Shown in pieces: positions 1-64,000 of a stretch of 64,000 nucleotides of DNA (position 1 is the first letter of the stretch; each line of letters starts with the position of its first letter). The stretch is from NCBI GenBank assembly GCA_040954595.2, contig CM082589.2:6383186-6447185 (forward strand), given 5' to 3'. The stretch is from Balanoglossus misakiensis. Its lineage: Eukaryota; Animalia; Hemichordata. Under the pieces are notes generated by a model, which was not told where the DNA came from, made no database searches, and was given only the letters and a program-made list of their open reading frames with translations. The position numbers and the translations under genes were made by a program.

Positions 1-100
1 CAAATCGTTCTATAGAATTTCCCCAGACCCAGTGGAGCGCAGCGGAAGAAGCAGGGGGAGGGGGGTCTGGGTAACCGAGACTGGTGTGTCTTCGACTCAC

Positions 101-459
101 CTTCGATTTTTCTTGGTCCAGATGAAGGCTGAATAGTCCTAACATGGGCAGTCGATGATATTGTACCGGTTTCTAAAGTGGTAAAAAAGTAAAAGCTCAA
201 TATGATGCATTAAAATCTTTAAAGATTTTGTCTGGAAAAAATGGACCCCGGTGGTGAATATTGTCTTCAGATGGGACTGTGACAATGTCATCCTTACCTT
301 CATATTGCAATACAAAGCCCAGATCATTCCTGTTTAACATGGATGAACTGTAAAACCGCCGCGGTGCCGAAGATCATAGCAATATGTCAAATAGAAAACA
401 ACCACTGACAAATACAGAGCTCTCTGCTGGCGTGAACACCTGCGTGCATGGCGCTCCAT
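101..459 (-). CDS. Probable first coding exons of an unidentified gene continuing beyond the window start
   Basis: aaaaATGG start at 457-459, just downstream of a GGAAGT motif. Phase-compatible exons 440-459, 298-329 and 101-172 give MERHARRNDLGFVLQYEETGTISSTAHVRTIQPSSGPRKIE, ending at a gtgagt donor. The first donor (gtgttc) is weak and no family is recognised. Confidence 0.4.
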
Positions 460-1704
460 TTTTTACTTCCTGGTGAGCTCGTGAACTGCCTGCCAAATTA
501 TGATCGACGCCGCTGCACTTTCAAAGTTAACTACTTACCTTGGTGGCTCATTCCTACCAGGGTAAGCAAGAAATAAAGTCCAACCGGACAGCAAACGGCA
601 AATCTGTGGTCCATTTCTTCGTTTTCTGTCGAGTACAGAGTGAGACCGACTACCCTAGACGGTCACACGACTATAGCATTCCTTTCACTCTTTCTTGTGT
701 ATAGGTCAACCCCAGAAGAATGCGCGGCATTGTCTGAGCGCCCCGGGGTCATCCTGAAGTATTCATTATGTAAAATACCACAGGTCAAGAGGAAACGCTC
801 CACATTGTGTGGTAGTAAAAGTCACACACATTGTACCTTGCTTGCACTGAACAAAAATGGTGTTGACATCTCCTACTTTACGAAAACAAATCAGATTCTT
901 CAATGAGAATTAAACAGAGACGGAAAAATCACTTTATTGGCATTTTCCTGATAAATTCCACGTGCACGAAGAAAACACACAAATTAATAAATAAACAGAA
1001 AATGATTCTGTACATAAGACGGTCCAGATATTCATGATTCGTCTTCTGAAATGTGAATGCAAATATCATCACCGGGTCTTGACGATTTTCCGGTTATTTC
1101 ATATATACAATAAATATCTAGTTATTACATATAAATAAATATCTCATGATTCATGAGAAAAAAATCTATCCAGCTGCTTTATAGTCGTGACACAAAACTG
1201 AACGAAATTTCAGGCAATCAAGAAAAATGTTTTAAGATATCTCACTAGTCATCATATAATATTTTTTAGAAAACAGTAGCATATTTCGTGCTAAGGTTGC
1301 ACGCTTCAGTAAACAGCACAATGAACGCAGAAGTATTTACATGTATATGTACAACACAACAGACTGTAATGAAACGCCATAATGAAATATAAATTCCCAT
1401 GCAGTACATGCCAATTATGAACTCTGAAATCACATGTCCCACTTTGGGTGTCATAGCCTGGACAGTTTCTATGGTCATTCTATAGGGTCAGTGGATTTTC
1501 AAAAAAAAATGTGTGTATTGGATATATATCACTCGGTACATTACACAATCTAGACGTACATATTACACTATCTCACCAACGAAACCAATACGAAACTCAA
1601 TATAGATAGAGGCACTGTGTAATATAATAGCCAGTATACTTTCATGTTTTGCAATGTTCACGATGGGAACGTTAATCACTTTTGAGAGACAACGATATAT
1701 TTAA

Positions 1705-38670
<36,966 letters not shown>

Positions 38671-39298
38671 CTATTTTACAAAACAAAAAGGGGGAAAGGG
38701 CACAATATTCATAATAACTCGCATTGAACATCGTCGATGCGGGGGGAAAATACACATTTCTGCAGTGTAAAACCACTGACTTCTTTCTTGATATCATCAC
38801 AGCTATATACATCGGATTAGATAAACCAACCACACAGAGTTCTGAGAACCATACACGCAATTCAGAAGTAATGAACGGCCAGATATTGCTATCGTCATCA
38901 AGAGTTGTCAATTAAGGCTAATCAGCCTAGCCATTCGCCTTCTGGATTTCCCACCGACTGTTTTGTGTGAAAGTTCCGCGAAAACGAGACTTTGCACTAA
39001 CCTTGGCAACAAACCCAGTCACTACAGAACAGAATCAGGAGCAGCCACCAATTCAACTTCGGTAGAGTTGCGCGCGGCGAGAAACCAAATCCGGCCATCT
39101 TTTGAAGCAACCCCCGTCCAGCTCCGACGCTCGAGTGAAATGAGACTGGATGCCGCCGACACTCCAGTTAAATGGACCATTTACCGAGCACCGCGAGACC
39201 CTGCGTGATTTCGTGTTGCTAGGCAATTCTACACGGGGCGGAGACTCTCTCGTGACACCGGACAAGAAACACTGCGACAGAGGACGAATAACACGTGG

Positions 39299-40302
39299 CC
39301 CGTTGCTATGGTACTTAATCAAGTCTCGTGAGGTCTCGTAGTGAGCGGATAATCATCTAATAGATTAATCGCACTCGACAGCTTATATTTTTCGGATTTT
39401 AAGAGTGTGCATACCACACACACTTGCCTATGACGTGAATTAACGCCAATTAAAATAAACATCGGAAATACATGTATACTGCAATGCAGTGTTTACTCAC
39501 ACCTAACTTTCTCAGCTTTGCTTGCACAAATGAAAGTCAGCTGTATCGCGATGCAAACTGCGTTACCATGGTCCCCTTGATAGGGTAACCTGCGGTTACC
39601 ATGTAAACACACCGTGCATGGAAACCACTTGATTGCTGTGGGGAAGTGAACCTAATATAGACAAACTGATACCGGTCCCCTGCTAATGAAAAAATGCTCG
39701 GAGGTTGTCTTTCTTAATCAACCGGGTGCACATCACCGCCGATCCCTATTCATAAATGTCTCTTCCTCGTTACACTTGATCAGTGATGCAAAGACCGCGG
39801 CGTTTTCATCTCCGTGGTTATATTTTGGTATAATTAATTGGGACGTGTACATCATTTTCGCAGATAATGATATTTGCACGATCATCTTCCTTGTCCAAGA
39901 AAACAGAATAGTTTAGTACAGTAACCCCGGGGCGGTTATTTGCAAAGGGCAAATGACGATCGAGCTTCGGGAAATTAAAATATTGCTAATGTTTGTCAAA
40001 AATGCACGTGCAATGATAGGTTATGTTATAACACGCCACGTCAAGTTAAATTAAACTTACCACTTCCACATACATACAGTTCAGACACTCATTCTAGTAA
40101 ATCCATAACACTTTAATAAAATTCAAATAGTCTACAAAATTGTCAGATACAAATCATCTGAGCAAATAACGACTTTGTATCATATCAATGAAGTCATAAA
40201 TACTCAAATCTTGACCGTGATGACGAACAGACTGCGATACATCGATGACTTTCCACCCAATACGAGATCTCGCGAGACTAGGTTAATTACCGTAGCAACG
40301 GG
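39299..40302. repeat. ~51-bp imperfect inverted repeat pair (39299-39349 and 40252-40302) carrying TCTCGCGAGA-like and X-box-like motifs
   Basis: CCCGTTGCTATGGTACTTAATCAAGTCTCGTGAGGTCTCGTAGTGAGCGGA versus the reverse complement of the right arm, CCCGTTGCTACGGTAATTAACCTAGTCTCGCGAGATCTCGTATTGGGTGGA. Confidence 0.7.
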
Positions 40303-40543
40303 TTAATTGCCAGCCAAGTACTACACGTCCCTGTATGAAGCTAGAATAGGTTTAACAAGAAATTAAAGTAACCTTAACTTTGTGCCGTTGTTTTGTTCTT
40401 TGTCACATGAGAATGTCCTCTCATAAAACTGCCTAGCAACGCGAGATCTCGCAGGGTCTCGTGGACTTCGGAAAACGGTGTATCCTATCTTGCATTGAAT
40501 CAGTCCATCCGTCTTGTTATGGATACTCGCAGTTCAAGTCTCC

Positions 40544-43500
40544 TCACGTGATAGGACAGATCCCTTGCAACGCGTCATCATTCCTTGCTTCGGCAAGATG
40601 GGCTAAGAAGACGTCGTTCAACTCGATGGACATTTTGTACACGTTTTCATACAACGGCAAATCACACAGTCCGGTCGATAGAAGCTGTTTCACCTGCAGG
40701 GAAAAAAAGACCCAATAAAAACATTCCTTTGTCAACAGTAACAGTGACCGGTACTAATATAAGGCTTGTTTGGTATCAGTAGACTGAACATTTCATAGAG
40801 CTACTAAGAGTGGTACAAAAATACAGAAGTTGGTTCGTGGGAGAAAACACGAAAAGGGGCGAAAAGTTGTAGAGTTACAATGGGGCTTTAATAACATGTT
40901 GCCCTGGTGGATGGAAAATCTCCCTCGCAATGATTTTTGGTTTCGCCTACGGCCATCATCATAGTGTACTGACACATTCTAGATGCAAAATCTGCTCCAA
41001 AATCTGAACAAATTTCACTATACAGTATTTTTCTATTCATTACTCACCAATACACGAGTCCATGAACTGACCATTGGAAACGGGTAGATTCGTTTCTCGC
41101 TCCAGGTATTTTGGTCCACAGTATTCAAGAAAGTGCCCGTTGCTAAACCCTTTGGAATCAAATAAAATACGGTAACGAATAATTACGCACGCGCAATGTG
41201 TATGATGAGTTTGAAATAATTGATGTGTATGTGTTTGTCTGTTTCTGTCCAACACTCGCTGTCTCTCAGTATCTGTTTTGGCTTTGTCTGTGTCCAAGAC
41301 AACACTTTACGTCTTGTATTTTGAAAACATAGAACTAGTTTCTCTTTTTTCTACGAGTAGAAAATAATGACTGACCGTTTTCTCGTTCCAGGTAACTGTT
41401 CCATGTTGATTCGATACAGTTATATTTCTGGCATTAGCTTCATCACTGGAACTGCACCGGAGTCTGATCTCGGCAACACCATTCGCCGTCATCATTCTAC
41501 CGCTTAAGTCGCCGAAAATCTCCACAAAACCCTATAATAGGTGAAGATTGATTATCCCTCACTTGAAGCGCGTAGCTCGTCTCACGCGCATGCGCGTAAC
41601 TTCCCAGCAAGTTCCGTTTGATGGGGACTGTCTTCGCTTCCTTCCATATTTCATGCGCACCGTATAAGTAGATTCTGGTTTTGTCCCCCCTTTTCACCCA
41701 AGCTAGTATCTTTTCCCGATCTCCGACACAGATTATGGTCACCGCCATCTTGTGTGCGCACTGCCTTATGGGATTGACTGTTCACTAAACGTCTGTAACC
41801 AGCGGCTACAGTTGGGACGTGCGTGTGAGATGAGGTACGCGCTTTAACAACACCATAGTTACAGTGACATTGTTATGTTCATGAGCATGGCACGCTACAC
41901 GGAATGTACGACGTCACGATTATCATATGGGGGGGGGGGGGGAATCCAAGAATTTGGGATCTGGCATGTTGCAAGATAAAAACCACTGACCTGTCGTTTC
42001 GCCAGCACGTATCCTGGTTGCAAGTTGGATCCATCAAGGGTCAGCGAGTTCTGGTCATTCAGGAACGCCGCCAGGGTCAGAAAATGGATGGAATTGCAAC
42101 ACAATCCCCAACTGTTTCCGCTGATGTGCAAGTTAACTGGAGGCTGCAAAAGCGAATGGTATAGTTTTACAGCGGGGTTGACACATGAAGACATCTTACA
42201 ACTCCCTGTAGAGAGTATAATTAACACTGTCGCTGAATGTACGTGTTAAAATGCAAGTCGCGTCTCAGTATTTTCCAAACTCATCACTGTGTTTACAATG
42301 TGTTTAACACATATTACACATTACGTTTAAAAAATGATATAAATTAAAGCATACACAAAACATCAACAAGTCAGTAAACTTAAGCGCTTTTTGCATGTTG
42401 GTCCAAATACCAGGCATATTAAAAAACTCGTCAACCTTGCTGTCCTTGCAGTTTCATGGTCACCCCACTTACCTGGAGAGTACTTTTCAAATATTTAGCA
42501 AAAGGGACGGTGGGCCACTGCGCATGTACGTAGGCATTCACGCTGTATCTCTCGAACAGCTTCTGCATAGCTAAGTGGTCATTCTCTGTCTGGAAAAGCA
42601 CCTGCATTAGATAACAAGGAAGGGTTTAGAATACAATTGGATTAGCCTATGACCAATCGAACGTAAAATTAACAATTTGCATTAAATGGTCTAATATTTG
42701 CGATTGTAAAGAATTTGGGATGTCTGAAGTGCGTCGACGTGTGATCGTCTATTATTATGAATCAGGGATGGTTGTAAGCAAATATTAGTATTACGCAACA
42801 CAAAATTATGCCACCCACCTTTTCTAAAATAAGATGTTTGACACTGCAGCACGCGAGAACATCTTCGATTACTACACGCCTGACGTCAGAGTTGGTTGCT
42901 ATGATGCCAACTTCGAAACTCGTGCCGACCGGAAATGTGTCCAGGGACTCGACGAAAGATACCTGAACGCCAGAATTGGTCTCTTGGTCACATATTCTCT
43001 GCGCTCGTAGTATGGCTGGACTGAGTGGAGAGAATGGACAGACGATGGTGACATTTAAAGAAGTAGGCACTTTGGCGATAGATCTTCAAACCTATTCACC
43101 CCCAAAACACCCGAGAGGGCGCCAGCACGCGGTAGTCCAATTAGTATGACGACTTACCCACTCGGATCAACGACCGTTATGTGTACGGCATCTGTGAACT
43201 TCAGTAACGACTGAAGGTGGCGCACACCGATGCTACCAGCACCTGTTTCATGTAAAAAATATCGTCACAAATTCAAAAGACGCCAGCTTAATCAACATCA
43301 ATTGGTAAATGCTTCATTTCAACGGGCCTAAGGGGCCTGAAACACACACCTTTTTATCAAATGAAAGCACTCACCCACAAGTAGCAGCTGGTGACCGGAT
43401 CTACTGTCTGGGCCGTCATTCTACAAAATAAACCGATTTGTTGACATATTGCATGCAAAATGGCGTAATTTATGAAATCCTAAATGTATGTTCACAATTT

Positions 43501-43839
43501 GTGCCTTACATGAAATTCCCTGCCAATTCTTAAAGACAAGATTTAACGATAAGTAAGCATTTGAACCCTTCTGATGAACTCGTTGACCTTGTATAGTGCA
43601 GTGCATGCGAACGAGTGCAACTATACGCCCGCTGGAGGCCCACCTCAGGTATTCGACCTTTGACCTCAAGAATGTCACAGCTTGCCGGCAACGATATTTG
43701 TGCGACGCTGCATGCGTGTTACTGTTAGTGTTAACCTTACCAACGCAAAGGGGTTCATCCTATCCAAAATGTAAACAACCATAGCACTTAGCAGAATCAG
43801 ACATATCCAGCAGCGGGTTTTCAACTTCCCACGACCCAT
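40544..43839 (-). CDS. Type II membrane-anchored Gfo/Idh/MocA-like NAD(P)-dependent oxidoreductase of bacterial type, 9 coding exons, 373 aa
   Basis: Exons 43741-43839, 43375-43420, 43158-43242, 42819-43020, 42473-42601, 41991-42143, 41376-41531, 41048-41149 and 40544-40693 splice in frame (1122 nt including TGA). Motifs: LLLVGAGSIGVRHLQSL (Rossmann GxGxxG), VVDPS, IIATNSDVR, LILEKVLFQ, GNSWGLCCNSIHF, KRQGFVEIFG, GLCDLPLYE, C-terminal CPIT. N-terminus is a basic tail plus a hydrophobic segment (CWICLILLSAMVVYIL). Confidence 0.88.
41567..41843. mobile_element. MITE family A, copy 2 (Kolobok-like)
   Basis: TTGA|AGCGCGTAGCTCGTCTCACGCGCATG ... GCGTGTGAGATGAGGTACGCGCT|TTAA. Same orientation as 36088-36377 with a near-identical core. 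It lies in an intron of the oxidoreductase gene. Confidence 0.85.
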
Positions 43840-45702
43840 CTTCGCGAGGCGGCAGTCCGTCGCCCGAATTAGTACATGAACTGGGAACAGCGATGCGATG
43901 TTCAAGTTGCCAATGCCATGGCAAGAGGTTAGACGCGATAGACTGCGTGCACGTACTATCTCACCGTCAACCACTTGCAAAGCTACATAACGGAAGCTGC
44001 CGCAAAGTCAGTGTTGATCTGTTTACATGCTGATTAACAAGTATATTGTACTACTAGATTTGGACAGACGTAGAAAAACATGACATGCAAGCTCACCGGA
44101 GACATGACATCCGTGCAGTGAGCACAGCTGTGTATAGTAGGCCTACAAGTTTACATAGGCCAAGCGCCACGTCACTGCGCGGGACCGACCATTGTCAAGA
44201 TGGGTAGGTCCGACTAAAGGCTGTGGTTAAAGCCAGAGTAACTCGTAAACTTTTAGATATGTTTCCTATTTCTTGTTCTTCTCTGGACTTCTTATGAAAT
44301 GTTCATTCTGACAGTACACCCAATAACCACACAATTCTTAAATTATTAAACACTCGTTTACTTTATTAAAATATAATTTAAGTGATATAAAAATCTCCTT
44401 CAATTTGTTGCAAATTTGATACAAATATTCGTCTTGGAAAAAAGTAGTACTATGTTTATGGAATTTTTACACCAGGGTACCTGATTCGAGACATTTCGAT
44501 AAAAACACATTCATTGGGACACCAATTATCCATTTCGAATCAAGAAAACGCATGCGCCGTAGAAGATACAGATCATGCGCAGTAGAAAGGAGAAATAACA
44601 AAAGATCATACAGCCAGGGCCAGAAATGGCCCAGCTATGAAATGGTGGGGTTAACTACACAACGGAATTATTGATGCTGACCCCTGAAATCTCGAGAAGT
44701 TTGTGAAACTGCAATGCACGGTGGGCAAAAATAGTTTATGCTGGATACTAGTACCTGTAGCATTTAAGGTGAAGATTAACAAGAGAAGTCTTGTAACTGA
44801 ATCAGGACGCCCTCAATGGCACTACTACGAAAAGATTGGCATATAAAAGTAACAATAAACTCACACAAATTCTACAGAGTGCGTAGTGGGAACATACTAA
44901 CTTGAATAGCGTTTGAATATGCCCCGGGGATTAAATCCACCGGAGTAACACTACCCCTGGACCACTTTCTATTAACATGAACACTAAAACCACCAAGAAG
45001 CAGGATAAAACCAACATACAACAGACACAGCATAGATCACATTCCACGGAGTGTGTCCAGGTAAGTTACTAAGAGAAATGGTAAATGCACGAAACGGTAT
45101 AATTCCAAGTAAGATATGGCAGAAAGTTACTCATTGCATGTAATAGCAAGAACTCATGCAAAAACCAAACGAAACAACCTATAACTTCATTACATATGTG
45201 TCTATAAAACATATTGCATCGATTGCACAGCTGCCATTAATGTCCCAATATCACGGTTTCTTCGCTTTTTCCTAAGCTATTGAGGACCTCTTTTAAGATT
45301 ATTTTATACAACATCCTGTCCGTGGTAACTTTATGTGACGACAGTAATAGCATTTACCACAGGTGAATGGCAGTTTGCTATTACAAATCTATAGTAGTAT
45401 ACATTACTCAAATACTGTCCAAACCATGGCAAAGATCCTTCTCTCACTGTAGCAGACGCTTGGAACAAACGCAATGAAATCACGACCAAGTTCAACTAAA
45501 CTCTACGGTTGTCTAATATAACAATTAAAATAATAATTTTTGATTTGAAAAATAAAGTTAAAGATTTCCATAGAATAATTTAGGCGTCAAAATAAGAATG
45601 AGCAGGCAACTTTAGTCAGGCGACACATGGCGAGTTTTGTTTGTACCATCGGCAGCGTCCACTGTCATCTGACCAAAATTTCACCAAAGATTACTTCGAT
45701 CA

Positions 45703-62228
<16,526 letters not shown>

Positions 62229-63399
62229 GGTCCAGCCCGAAGAAAACTGTACAGGTACGAAGTACCTGTGACCGGGTGACCTGTGGGAAAAACAGTGTGC
62301 CATGAGTTAAAAATAAACTAACGTTTGCTGACTTATGTGTACCTGAAACAAAATGGCGCGAGACATCAGTGAAGAACCAAACGGAAAGAAGTGACGTCAC
62401 TATAGATCTCGCACAAAAAAATCATGTACTGTAAGTTAAATGTCAACCAATGATAACTAAGAACTACAATACTAAAACGCGTAGTGTTAAACCTTAAATA
62501 TCACCAAGTAATGACCTTCTGTGGACGGGTGTTTTTATCGGACTGTAAATGTGATTAACAAGAGCAAAGCTAAAAATAGTAACTATGTTTAATTAACACG
62601 ACAACAGGACGATACATGCTGGTTGTTACACTGCCTGCCACCCGGCGTCCGGGTACTAAACGAGCACATGAAAATGGCCAACAATTACATGTACACTTCC
62701 CTCACCTCAACAGCCGAACGAGAAGTGATCCTGGATAAATTATCACTAAATCACACAAGATATGAACGCCGTTTTACCTCCGTAACATTTCCGTCTTCTT
62801 CGCGTACAGATTTTGTGAAAAAAACACACAGAGAATATCGAATCTCGGTAGACAGACAGCTCGAAATGGGTTCCAGCCGGCGCGAATTTTATCAGTTGTA
62901 AATTGACAGGAGTTTATATCAAACGGTTGGCGTGTGGGTCACGCAAATTTAATAGCAAAGGTCGTGTTTGGTTATATTAAAAACTAACCTAGTACGACGT
63001 CACTATTATTTTTTCTGTAAAAAAGTTGCGTGACATGCTTTTGTTGCCACGGTGAGATGCTGTTTCATAACAATGCAAAGAATCGATGCGGTCGGTTTCA
63101 ATAATAGTGAAGGCTTAGTAAGTGACCAGCGGAAAATACGGAACTATGAAAAATGCGCGCAAATTAATTGAATGGTATTGTTTTCCCCAGTGGACGAGAA
63201 CAAAGACTCAATAGATTTCGGGATGACGAGTGTCTTTAAAGTTAAATTTTTTATTTCACTTGTGATATCTTGGCCTAAGAACGTTTTCTTCCACTAAAAT
63301 TCTAAATAGAGCAGTGTGCATGTCTGTAACGTTACTGGGTAACCGTCCAACGGCTGTTTTATTCGTTAATTAATGATCGGCACGATTTGACTCAGACCG

Positions 63400-63975
63400 C
63401 GTTATCGTGACGTCACTTCCGGCAGTATCCCAACCCAAGACCCGAACATGGTGTTCTCATAGCGCCAGTGTGATGTCACCAAATTTGGTCATTTCCATTT
63501 GGAGAGTCATAGCCGTTGCAAGCGTTCGTCATAACGTTTTATGATTTTATTTTTGGACATTGCGGCACTGATTGGCCACCCACGCCTGGTGTTATAATAA
63601 AAGCATATCTTATGGACTCTGGGCATTGTAGGTCTTAATCCGCGTGTTTAAATGGGAAGACCAGCCAGGCTGGTTTTTAGCTAAGCTAGCTATGGGTTCG
63701 GTTATTCAGGAAAAGCCAAAACACACAGACGCATTTTACAAATGTATTGTCACGCTTGCGTAATCATTACAGTGTTTCTATGAGACATCCTTGAGCGCCT
63801 TCGTTACAAAGACATTTTAACAGACGGGAAATGTTATGCTTTCAATAAAATTTACGCTCAACAAAGTGTCGTCAACTCCAGTGGCGGAACACATGTCTAG
63901 CACCAACAGGTCGTTGACGTCAGATTCAAACATGGCGTCCAACTGTCCGGAGTTGTAGGGCCCGCGGGTATATCA
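63400..63975. promoter_or_regulatory. Possible promoter region (CRE TGACGTCA, ETS CTTCCGG, YY1-like AACATGGCG)
   Basis: TGACGTCACTTCCGG at 63408-63422, TGACGTCA at ~63916 and AAACATGGCG at ~63928, upstream of the axotactin-like gene. Motif presence only. Confidence 0.3.
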
Positions 63976-64000
63976 CGTGAACCAGTTCAAAATGTCACCC

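Noticed and set aside
39501-39640. Candidate first/signal-peptide exon of the GPCR ending at a phase-1 gtgagt donor
   Set aside because: The phase fits and the peptide is mildly hydrophobic (AVCIAIQLTFICASKA), but I found no nearby in-frame ATG. Left unannotated.
63932-63958. Plus-strand start ATGGCG near the window end
   Set aside because: In-frame TAG after 8 codons; more likely a YY1-type motif or uORF.

Overview
Eukaryotic (animal) genomic DNA with GT-AG introns and many tetranucleotide microsatellites. The domain repertoire suggests a marine invertebrate deuterostome such as a hemichordate or echinoderm (inference). All genes found are on the minus strand, and I assembled them by hand with consistent splice phases. 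(1) 45703-62228: a 36-exon axotactin/CASPR-type neurexin-superfamily gene (~2000 aa; 6 LamG, 4 EGF, fibrinogen-like segment, TM, long acidic tail). (2) 40544-43839: a 9-exon gene (373 aa) that fuses a type II membrane anchor to a bacterial-style Gfo/Idh/MocA Rossmann oxidoreductase. This is a candidate intronised horizontal transfer and the most novel item in the window. (3) 1705-38670: an adhesion GPCR with at least 33 exons (~1740 aa). It has a multi-lectin ectodomain, a PAN-like exon nested inside its F-type lectin domain, a non-catalytic GPS plus a furin-type site, and one apparently broken splice donor. (4) <=101-459: the probable 5' end of another gene. A ~22.3 kb tandem array of an 88-bp unit (~253 copies) fills one 7TM-region intron of the GPCR. 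It is bounded by an inverted unit fragment and by (TATG)n tracts on both sides. TTAA-flanked MITEs and a frameshifting duplication of an exon start are also present. There are no CRISPR arrays or prokaryotic operons. All family assignments come from motif recognition, not database searches.
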